The notes under the pieces: model-generated | The model's database searches: none | What the model was told of the DNA's origin: nothing | The model's input: only the letters and a program-made list of their open reading frames with translations | Translations under genes and position numbers: made by a program | Source of the DNA: Eledone cirrhosa | Lineage: Eukaryota | NCBI GenBank assembly: GCA_964016885.1 | Contig: OZ024745.1 | Span: 82,584,001-82,648,000 of the forward strand | DNA length: 64,000 nt | Direction of reading: 5' to 3' | Shown here: in pieces, positions 1 to 12,300 of the stretch | How the letters are laid out: the number at the start of each line of letters is the position of its first letter | Numbering within the stretch: the first letter of the stretch is position 1

Positions 1-3000
1 ACCATTACAGTGGACAATGTAGTCTTACATAACCCCTCTACCACCATTACAGAGGACAATGTAGTCTTACATAACCCCTTTACCACCATTACAGTGGACA
101 ATGTAGTCTTACATAACCCCTTTACCACCATTACAGTGGACAATGTAGCCTTACATAACCCCTTTACAACCATTACAGTGGACAGTATAGCCTGACATAA
201 CCCCTTTACCACCATTACAGTGGACAATGTAGTCTTACATAACCCCTTTACCACCATTACAGTTGACAATGTAGTCTTACATAACCCCTTTACCACCATT
301 ACAGTTGACAATGTAATCTTACATAACCCCTTTACCACCATTACGGTGGACAGTGTAGCCTTACATAACCCCTTTACCACCATTACAGTGGACAGTGTAG
401 CCTTACATAACCCCACTACCACCATTACAGTGGGTAATGTAGTCTTACATAACCCCTTTACCACCATTACAGTGGACAATGTAGTCTTACATAATCCCTT
501 TACCACCATTACAGTGGACAATGTAGTCTTACATAACCCCTTTACCACCATTACAGTTGACAATGTAGTCTTACATAACCCCTTTACCACCATTACAGTG
601 GACAATGTAGCCTTACATAACCCCTTTACCACCATTAAAGTGGACAGTGTAGCCTTACATAACCCCTTTACCACCATTACAGTGGACAGTATAGCCTTAC
701 ATAACCCCTTTACCACCATTAAAGTGGACAATGTAGCCTTACATAACCCCTTTACAACCATTACAGTGGACAGTATAGCCTTACATAACCCCTTTACCAC
801 CATTACAGTGGACAATGTAGTCTTACATAACCCCTTTACCACCATTACAGTGGAGAATGTAGTCTTACATAACCCCTTTACCACCATTACAGTTGACAAT
901 GTAATCTTACATAACCCCTTTACCACCATTACAGTGGACAGTGTAGCCTTACATAATCCCTTTACCACCATTAAAGTGGACAATGTAGTCTTACATAACC
1001 CCTCTACCACCATTACAGTGGGTAATGTAGTCTTACATAACCCCTTTACCACCATTAAAGTGGACAATGTAGTCTTACATAACCCCTTAACCACCATTAC
1101 AGTGGACAATTTTGTCTTACATAACCCCTTTACCACCATTACAATGGACAGTGTAGCCTTACATAACCCCTTTACCACCACTACAGTGAACAATGTAGCC
1201 TTACATAACCCCTTTACCACCATTACAGTGGACAATGTAGTCTTACATAACCCCTTTACCACCATTACAGTGGACAATGTAGCCATACGTAACCCCTTTA
1301 CCACCATTACAGTGGGTTATGGAGTCTTACATAACCCCTTAACCGCCATTACAGTGGACAATGTAACCTTACATAACCCCTTTACCACCATTACAGTAGA
1401 CAATGTAGTCTTACATAACCCCTTTACCACCATTACAGTGGACAGTGTAGCCTTACATAACCCCTTTACCACCATTACAGTGGACAGTGTAGCCTTACAT
1501 AACCCCTTTACCACCATTACAGTGGACAATGTAGTCTTATATAACCCCTTTACCACCATTACAGTGGACAATGTAGTCTTACATAACCCCTTTACCACCA
1601 TTACAGTGGACAATGTAGTCTTACATAACCCCTTTACCACCATTACAGTTGACAATGTAGTCTTACATAACCCCTTTACCACCATTACAGTGGACAGTGT
1701 AGCCTTTAATAACCCATTTACCAGCATTACAGTGGACAATGTAGTCTTACATAACCCCTTTACCACCATTACAGTGGACAATTTTGTCTTACATAAGCCC
1801 TTTACAACCATTACAGAAGACAATGTAGCCTTACATAACCCCTTTACAACCATGACAGTGGACAGTGTAGCCTTACATAACCCCTTTACCACCATTACAG
1901 TGGACAATGTAGTCTTACATAACCCCTTTACCACCATTACAGTGGACAATGTAGCCTTACATAACCCCTTTACCACCATTACAGTGGACAGTGTAGCCTT
2001 ACATAACCCCTTTACCACCATTACAGTGGACAATGTAGTCTTACATAACCCCTTTACCACCATTACAGTTGACAATGTAGTCTTACATAACCCCTTTACC
2101 ACCATTACAGTGGACAGTGTAGCCTTACATAAACCCTTTACCACCATTACAGTGGACAGTGTAGCCTTACATAACCCCCCTACCACCATTACAGTGGGTA
2201 ATGTAGTCTTACATAAACCCTTTACCACCATTACAGTGGACAATGTAGTCTTACATAACCCCTCTACCACCATTACAGTGGACAATGTAGTCTTACATAA
2301 CCCCTTTACCACCATTACAGTTGACAATGTAGTCTTACTTAACCCCTTTACCACCATTACAGTGGACAATGTAGCCTTACATAAACCCTTTACAACCATT
2401 ACAGTGGACAGTGTAGCCTTACATAACCCCTTTACCACCATTACAGTGGACAATGTAGTCTTACATAACCCCTTTACCACCATTACAGTTGACAATGTAG
2501 TCTTACATAACCCCTTTACCACCATTACAGTGGACAGTGTAGCCTTACATAACCCCTTTACCACCATTACAGTGGACAATGTAGTCTTACATAACCCCTT
2601 TACCACCATTACAGTGGACAATGTAGTCTTACATAACCCCTTTACCACCATTACAGTGGACAGTGTAGCCTTACATAACCCCTTTACCACCATTACAGTG
2701 GACAGTGTAGCCTTACATAACCCCTTTACCACCATTACAGTGGACAATGTAGTCTTACATAACCCCTTTACCACCATTACAGTGGACAATGTAGCCTTAC
2801 ATAACCCATTTACCACCATTACAGTGGACAGTGTAGCCTTACATAACCCCTTTACCACCATTACAGTGGACAATGTAGTCTTACATAACCCCTTTACCAC
2901 CATTACAGTTGACAATGTAGTCTTACATAACCCCTTTACCACCATTACAGTTGACAATGTAATCTTACATAACCCCTTTACCACCATTACAGTGGACAGT

Positions 3001-4490
3001 GTAGACTTACATAACCCCTTTACCACCATTACAGTGGACAGTGTAGCCTTACATAACCCCTCTACCACCATTACAGTGGGTAATGTAGTCTTACATAACC
3101 TCTTTACCACCATTACAGTGGACAATGTAGTCTTACATAACCCCTCTACCACCATTACAGAGGACAATGTAGTCTTACATAACCCCTTTACCACCATTAC
3201 AGTGGACAATGTAGTCTTACATAACCCCTTTACCACCATTACAGTGGACAATGTAGCCTTACATCACCCCTTTACCACCATTACAGTGGACAATGTAGTC
3301 TTACATAACCCCTTTACCACCATTACAGTTGACAATGTAGTCTTACATAACCCCTTTACCACCATTACAGTTGACAATGTAATCTTACATAACCCCTTTA
3401 CCACCATTACAGTGGACAGTGTAGCCTTACATAACCCCTTTACCACCATTACAGTGGACAGTGTAGCCTTACATAACCCCTCTACCACCATTACAGTGGG
3501 TAATGTAGTCTTACATAACCCCTTTACCACCATTACAGTGGACAATGTAGTCTTACATAACCCCTTTACCACCATTACAGTGGACAATGTAGTCTTACAT
3601 AACCCCTTTACCACCATTACAGTTGACAATGTAGTCTTACATAAACCCTTTACCACCATTACAGTGGACAATGTAGTCTTACATAACCCCTTTACCACCA
3701 TTACAGTTGACAATGTAGCCTTACATAACCCCTTTACCACCATTACAGTTGACAATGTAGTCTTACATAACCCCTTTACCACCATTACAGTTGACAATGT
3801 AATCTTACATAACCCCTTTACCACCATTACAGTGGACAATGTAGTCTTACATAATCCCTTTACCACCATTAAAGTGGACAATGTAGACTTACATAACCCC
3901 TCTACCACCATTACAGTGGGTAACGTAGTCTTACATAACCCCTTTACCAACAGTAAAGTGGACAATGTAGTCTTACATAACCCCTTAACCACCATTACAG
4001 TGGACAATGTAGCCTTACATAACCACTTTACCACCATTACAGTGGGTTATGGAGTCTTACATAACCCCTTAACCGCCATTACAGTGGACAATGTAACCTT
4101 ACATAACCCCTTTACCACCATTACAGTAGACAATGTAGTCTTACATAACCTATTTACCACCATTACAGTTGACAATGTTGTCTTGCATAACCCCTTTACC
4201 ACCAGAAACAGTGGACAATGTAGTCTTACATAACCCCTTTACAACCATTACAGTTGACAATGTGGTCTTACATAACCCCTTTACCACCATTACAGTGGAC
4301 AATGTAGTCTTACATAACCCCTTTACCACCATTACAGTTGACAATGTAGTCTTACATAACCCCTTTACCACCATTACAGTTGACAATGTAATCTTACATA
4401 ACCCCTTTACCACCATTACAGTGGACAGTGTAGCCTTATATAACCCCTTTACCACCATTACAGTGGACAGTGTAGCCTTACATAACCCCT
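1..4490. repeat. Block paralogous to 25969-30458 (offset 25968 bp); the first ~1.7 kb also matches 22861-24555 (offset 22860)
   Basis: ORFs 220..4233 and 26188..30201 have the same length and differ by one residue. Shared rare variants: TGA at 193/23053/26161, ATACGT at ~1286/24146/27254, and the ACCAGAAACA indel at ~4201/30169. Confidence 0.92.
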
Positions 4491-7400
4491 TTACCACCAT
4501 TACAGTGGACAATGTAGTCTTACATAACCCCTTTACCACCATTACAGTGGACAATGTAGTCTTACATAACCCCTTTACCACCATTACAGTGGACAATGTA
4601 GCCTTACATAACCCCTTTACCACAGTTACAGTGGACAATGTAGTCTTACATAACCCTTTTACCTCCCTTACAGTGGACAATTTTGTCTTACATAACCCCT
4701 TTACCACCATTACAGTGGACAGTGTAGCCTTACATAACCCCTTTACCACCATTACAGTGGACAGTGTAGCCTTACATAACCCCTTTACCACCATTACAGT
4801 GGACAATGTAGTCTTACATAACCCCTTTACCACCATTACAGTGGACAATGTAGCCTTACATAACCCATTTACCACCATTACAGTGGACAGTGTAGCCTTA
4901 CATAACCCCTTTACCACCATTACAGTGGACAATGTAGTCTTACATAACCCCTTTACCACCATTACAGTTGACAATGTAGTCTTACATAACCCCTTTACCA
5001 CCATTACAGTTGACAATGTAATCTTACATAACCCCTTTACCACCATTACAGTGGACAGTGTAGACTTACATAACCCCTTTACCACCATTACAGTGGACAG
5101 TGTAGCCTTACATAACCCCTCTACCACCATTACAGTGGGTAATGTAGTCTTACATAACCTCTTTACCACCATTACAGTGGACAATGTAGTCTTACATAAC
5201 CCCTCTACCACCATTACAGAGGACAATGTAGTCTTACATAACCCCTTTACCACCATTACAGTGGACAATGTAGTCTTACATAACCCCTTTACCACCATTA
5301 CAGTTGACAATGTAGTCTTACATAACCCCTTTACCACCATTACAGTGGACAATGTAGTCTTACATAACCCCTTTACCACCATTACAGTTGACAATCTAGC
5401 CTTACATAACCCCTTTACCACCATTACAGTTGACAATGTAGTCTTACATAACCCCTTTACCACCATTACAGTTGACAATGTAATCTTACATAACCCCTTT
5501 ACCACCATTACAGTGGACAGTGTAGCCTTACATAATCCCTTTACCACCATTAAAGTGGACAATGTAGTCTTACATAACCCCTCTACCACCATTACAGTGG
5601 GTAATGTAGTCTTACATAACCCCTTTACCACCATTAAAGTGGACAATGTAGTCTTACATAACCCCTTTACCACCATTACAGTGGACAATTTTGTCTTACA
5701 TAACCCCTTTACCACCATTACAATGGACAGTGTAGCCTTACATAACCCCTTTACCACCATTACAGTGGACAATGTAGCCTTACATAACCCCTTTACCACC
5801 ATTACAGTTGACAATGTAGTCTTACATAACCCCTTTACCACCATTACAGTGAACAATGTAGCCTTACATAACCCCTTTACCACCATTACAGTGGATTATG
5901 AAGTCTTACATAACCCCTTAACCGCCAATACAGTGGACAATGTAACCTTACATAACCCCTTTACCACCATTACAGTTGACAATGTAGTCTTACATAACCC
6001 CTTTACCACCATTAAAGTGAACAATGTAGCCTTACATAACCCCTTTACCACCATTACAGTGGGTTATGAAGTCTTACATAACCCCTTAACCGCCAATACA
6101 GTGGACAATGTAACCTTACATAACCCCTTTACCACCATTACAGTAGACAATGTAGTCTTACATAACCTATTTACAACCATTACAGTTGACAATGTGGTTT
6201 TACATAACCCCTTTACCACCATTACAGTTGACAATGTAATCTTACATAACCCCATTACCACCATTACAGTGGACAGTGTAGCCTTACATAACCCCTTTAC
6301 CACCATTACAGTGGACAGTGTAGCCTTACATAACCCCTCTACGACCATTATAGTGGGTAATGTAGTCTTACATAACCCCTTTACCACCATTACAGTGGAT
6401 AATGTAGTCTTACATAATCCCTTTACCACCATTACAGTGGACAATGTAGTCTTACATAACCCCTTTACCACCATTACAGTTGACAATGTAGTCTTACTCA
6501 ACCCCTTTACCACCATTACAGTGGACAATGTAGTCTTACATAACCCCTTTACAACCATTACAGTGGACAATGTAGCCTTACATAACCCCTTTACCACCAT
6601 TACAGTTGACAATGTAGTCTTACATAACCCCTTTACCACCATTACAGTTGACAATGTAATCTTACATAACCCCTTTACCACCATTACAGTGGACAGTGTA
6701 GCCTTACATAATCCCTTTACCACCATTAAAGTGGACAATGTAGTCTTACATAACCCCTCTACCACCATTACAGTTGGTAATGTAGTCTTACATAACCCCT
6801 TTACCACCATTAAAGTGGACAAGGTAGTCTTACTTAACCCCTTAACCACCATTACAGTGGATAATTTTGTCTTACATAACCCCTTTACCACCATTACAGT
6901 GGACAGTGTAGCCTTACATAACCCCTTTACCACCATTACAGTGGACAATGTAGCCTTACATAACCCCTTTACCACCATTACAGTTGACAATGTAGTCTTA
7001 CATGACCCCTTTACCACCATTACAGTGGACAATGTAGCCTTACATAACCCCTTTACCACCATTACAGTGGGTTATGTAGTCTTACATAACCCCTTAACCG
7101 CCATTACAGTGGACAATGTAACCTTACATAACCCCTTTACCACCATTACAGTAGACAATGTAGTCTTACTTAACCCCTTAACCACCATTACAGTGGATAA
7201 TTTTGTCTTACATAACCCCTTTACCACCATTACAGTGGACAGTGTAGCCTTACATAACCTCTTTACCACCATTACAGTTGACAATGTTGTCTTGCATAAC
7301 CCCTTTACCACCATTACAGTGGACAATGTAGTCTTACATAACCCCTTTACAACCATTACAGTTGACAATGTGGTCTTACATAACCCCTTTACCACCATTA

Positions 7401-9365
7401 CAATGGACAATGTAGTCTAACATAACCCCTTTATCACCATTACAGTGGACAATGTAGCCTTACATAACCCCTTTACCACAATTACAGTGGGTAATGTAGT
7501 CTTACATAACCCCTTTACCAGCATTACAGAGGAAAATGTAATCTTACATAACCCCTTTATCACGATTACAGTAGACAATGTAGTCTTACATAACCCCTTT
7601 ACCACCATTACAGTGGACAATGTAGTCTTACATAACCCCTTTAGCACCATTAAAGTGGACAATGTAGCCTTACATAACCTCCTTACCACCATTACAGTGG
7701 GTAATGTAGTCTTACATAACCCCTTTACCACCATTTCAGTGGGTAATGTAGCGTTGCATAACCCCTTTACCACCATTACAGTGGACAATGTAGTCTTACA
7801 TAACCCCTTTACAACCATTACAGTTGACAATGTGGTCTTACATAACCCCTTTACCACCATTACAGTTGACAATGTAATCTTACATAACCCCTTTACCACC
7901 ATTACAGTGGACAGTGTAGCCTTACATAACACCTTTACCACCATTACAGTGGACAGTGTAGCCTTACATAACCCCTCTACAACCATTACAGTGGGTAATG
8001 TAGTCTTACATAACCCCTTTACCACCATTACAGTGGACAATGTAGCCTTACATAACCCCTTTACCACAATTACAGTGGGTAATGTAGTCTTACATAACCC
8101 CTTTACCAGCATTACAGAGGAAAATGTAATCTTACATAACCCCTTTATCACGATTACAGTGGACAATGTAGTCTTACATAACCCCTTTACCACCATTACA
8201 GTGGACAATGTAGTCTTACATAACCCCTTTACCACCATTACAGTGGACAATGTAGCCTTACATAACCTCCTTACCACCATTACAGTGGGTAATGTAGTTT
8301 TACATAACCCCTTTACCACCATTTCAGTGGGTAATGTAGCGTTACATAACCCCTTTACCACCATTACAGTGGACAATGTAGTCTTACATAACCTGTTTAC
8401 CACCATTACAGTAGACAATGTAGTCTTACATAACCCCTTTAGCACCATTACAGTGGACAATGTAGTCTTACATAACCCCTTTTACCACCATTACAGTGGA
8501 CAATGTAGTCTTACATAACCCCTTTACCACCATTACACTGGACAATGTAGTCTTACATAACCCCTTTATCACCATTACAGTGGACAATGTAGCCTTACAT
8601 AACCCCTTTACCATCATTACAGTGGGTAATGTAGTCTTACATAACCCCTTTATCACCATTACAGTGGACAATGTAGTCTTACATAACCCCTCTACCACCA
8701 TTACAGTGGGTAATGTAGTCTTACATAACCCCTTTACTACCATTACAGTGGAAAATGTAATCTTACATAACCCCTTCATCACGATTACAGTGGACAATGT
8801 AGCCTTATATAACCCCTTTACCACTATTACAGTGGACAATGTAGTCTTACATAACCCCTTTACCACCATTACAGTGGACAGTGTAGTCTTACATAACCCC
8901 TTTACCACCATTACAGTGGACAATGTAGTCTTACATATCCTCTTTACCACCATTGCAGTAGACAATGTAGTCTTACATAACCCCTTTATCACCATTACAG
9001 TGGACAGTGTAGTCTTACATAACCCCTTTTACCACCATTACAGTGGACAATGTAGTCTTATATAACCCCTTTACCACCATTACAGTGGACAATGTAGTCT
9101 TACATAACCCCTCTATCACCATTACAGTGGACAATGTAGCCTTACATAACCCATTTACCACCATTACAGTTGACAATGTAGTCTTACATAACCCCTTTAC
9201 CACCATTACAGTGGACAATGTAGTCTTACATAACCCCTTTACCACCATTAGAGTGGACAATGTAGTCTTACATAACCCCTTTACCACCATTACAGTGGAC
9301 AATTTTGTCTTACATAAACCCTTTACCACCATTACAGTGGACAGTGTAGCCTTACATAACCCCTT
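4440..9365. repeat. Block paralogous to ~34986-39150 (offset 30546) and ~39606-44660 (offset 35166, then 35292)
   Basis: Same order of rare variants (ACAGTT, TCCCTT, CTAGCC, GGTTATGAA, GACAAG, CATGAC, TAA at 7418/37964/42584). ORF 8496..9065 matches 43788..44357. The downstream copies have three extra monomers (126 bp). Confidence 0.88.
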
Positions 9366-12300
9366 TCCACCATTACAGTGGACAATGTAGTCTTAATTAA
9401 CCACTTTATCACCATTACAGTGGACAATGTAGTCTTACATAACTCCTTTACCACCATTACAGTGGACAATGTAGTCTTACATAACCCCTTTACCACCATT
9501 ACAGTGGACAATGTAGTCTTACATAACCCCTTTACCACCATTACAGTGGACAATGTAGTCTTACATAACCCCTTTACCACCATTACAGTGGACAATGTAG
9601 TCTTACATAACCCCTTTACCACCAATACAGTGGACAATTTTGTCTTACATAACCCTTTTACCACCATTACAGTGGACAGTGTAGCCTTACATAACCCCTT
9701 TACCACCATTACAGTGGACAGTGTAGCCTTACATAACCCCTTTACCACCATTACAGTGGACAATGTAGTCTTACATAACCCCTTTACCACCATTACAGTG
9801 GACAATGTAGTCTTACATAACCCCTTTACCACCATTACAGTGGACAATGTAGTCTTACATAACCCCTTTACCACCATTACAGTGGACAATGTAGTCTTAC
9901 ATAACCCCTTTATCGCCATTACGGTGGACAATGTAGTCTTACATAACCCCTTTACCACCATTACAGTAGACAATGTAGTCTTGCATAACCCCTTTACCAC
10001 CATTACAGTGGACAATGTAGTCTTACATAACCCCTTTACAACCATTACAGTTGACAATGTGGTCTTACATAACCCCTTTACCACCATTACAATGGACAAT
10101 GTAGTCTAAAATAACCCCTTTATCACCATTACAGTGGACAATGTAGCCTTACATAACCCCTTTACCACAATTACAGTGGGTAATGTAGTCTTACATAACC
10201 CCTTTACCAGCATTACAGAGGAAAATGTAATCTTACATAACCCCTTTATAACGATTACAGTGGACAATGTAGCCTTACATAACCCCTTTACCACTATTAC
10301 AGTGGACAATGTAGTCTTACATAACTCATTTACCACCATTACAGTGGACAATGTAGTCTTACATAACCTGTTTACCACCATTACAGTAGACAATGTAGTC
10401 TTACATAACCCCTTTAGCACCATTACAGTGGACAATGTAGTCTTACATAACCCTTTTTACCACCATTACAGTGGACAATGTAGTCTTACATAACCCCTTT
10501 ACCACCATTACACTGGACAATGTAGTCTTACATAACCCCTTTATCACCATTACAGTGGATAATGTAGCCTTACATAACCCCTTTATCATAATTACAGTGA
10601 GTAATGTAGTCTTACATAACCCCTTTACTACCATTACAGTGGAAAATGTAATCTTACATAACCCCTTCATCACGATTATAGTGGACAACGTAGCCTTACA
10701 TAACCCCTTTACCACCATTACAGTGGACAATGTAGCCTTACATAACCCCTTTACCACCATTACAGTGGACAATGTAGTCTTACATATCCTCTTTACCACC
10801 ATTACAGTGGACAGTGTAGTCTTACATAACCCCTTTTACCACCATTACAGTGGACAATGTAGTCTTACATAACCCCTTTACCACCATTACAGTGGACAAT
10901 GTAGTCTTACATAACCCCTTTATCGCCATTACGGTGGACAATGTAGTCTTACATAACCCCTTTACCACCATTACAGTAGACAATGTAGTCTTGCATAACC
11001 CCTTTACCACCATTACAGTGGACAATGTAGTCTTACATAACCCCTTTACAACCATTACAGTTGACAATGTGGTCTTACATAACCCCTTTACCACCATTAC
11101 AATGGACAATGTAGTCTAAAATAACCCCTTTATCACCATTACAGTGGACAATGTAGCCTTACATAACCCCTTTACCACAATTACAGTGGGTAATGTAGTC
11201 TTACATAACCCCTTTACCAGCATTACAGAGGAAAATGTAATCTTACATAACCCCTTTATAACGATTACAGTGGACAATGTAGCCTTACATAACCCCTTTA
11301 CCACTATTACAGTGGACAATGTAGTCTTACATAACTCATTTACCACCATTACAGTGGACAATGTAGTCTTACATAACCTGTTTACCACCATTACAGTAGA
11401 CAATGTAGTCTTACATAATCCCTTTACCACCATTACAGTGGACAATGTAGTCTTACATAACCCCTTTACCACCATTACAGTTGACAATGTAGTCTTACTC
11501 AACCCCTTTACCACCATTACAGTGGACAATGTAGTCTTACATAACCCCTTTACAACCATTACAGTGGACAATGTAGCCTTACATAACCCCTTTACCACCA
11601 TTACAGTTGACAATGTAGTCTTACATAACCCCTTTACCACCATTACAGTTGACAATGTAATCTTACATAACCCCTTTACCACCATTACAGTGGACAGTGT
11701 AGCCTTACATAATCCCTTTACCACCATTAAAGTGGACAATGTAGTCTTACATAACCCCTCTACCACCATTACAGTTGGTAATGTAGTCTTACATAACCCC
11801 TTTACCACCATTAAAGTGGACAAGGTAGTCTTACTTAACCCCTTAACCACCATTACAGTGGATAATTTTGTCTTACATAACCCCTTTACCACCATTACAG
11901 TGGACAGTGTAGCCTTACATAACCCCTTTACCACCATTACAGTGGACAATGTAGCCTTACATAACCCCTTTACCACCATTACAGTTGACAATGTAGTCTT
12001 ACATGACCCCTTTACCACCATTACAGTGGACAATGTAGCCTTACATAACCCCTTTACCACCATTACAGTGGGTTATGTAGTCTTACATAACCCCTTAACC
12101 GCCATTACAGTGGACAATGTAACCTTACATAACCCCTTTACCACCATTACAGTAGACAATGTAGTCTTACTTAACCCCTTAACCACCATTACAGTGGATA
12201 ATTTTGTCTTACATAACCCCTTTACCACCATTACAGTGGACAGTGTAGCCTTACATAACCTCTTTACCACCATTACAGTTGACAATGTTGTCTTGCATAA

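Noticed and set aside
30-42. Telomeric repeat tract (TAACCC / CCCCTTTA)
   Set aside because: There is only one hexamer per 42 bp and it is never tandem, so this is not a telomerase-type array.
75-87. G-quadruplex on the minus strand (GGTGGTAAAGGGG)
   Set aside because: There is only one run of three or more G per 42 bp, and loops between such runs are ~38 nt. At best this would be a weak two-tier structure.
7069-7100. Rho-independent terminator at the GGGTTATGTA/TACATAACCC hairpin
   Set aside because: The stem is AT-rich with no proper U-tract, there is no upstream gene, and it is simply a monomer variant.
8478-8518. Recurrent C-terminal peptide FYHHYSGQCSLT as a conserved His/Cys motif, or a programmed frameshift/phase-variation system
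   Set aside because: It is just the alternative-frame reading of the monomer after a +1 T slip. There is no gene context in which switching would matter.
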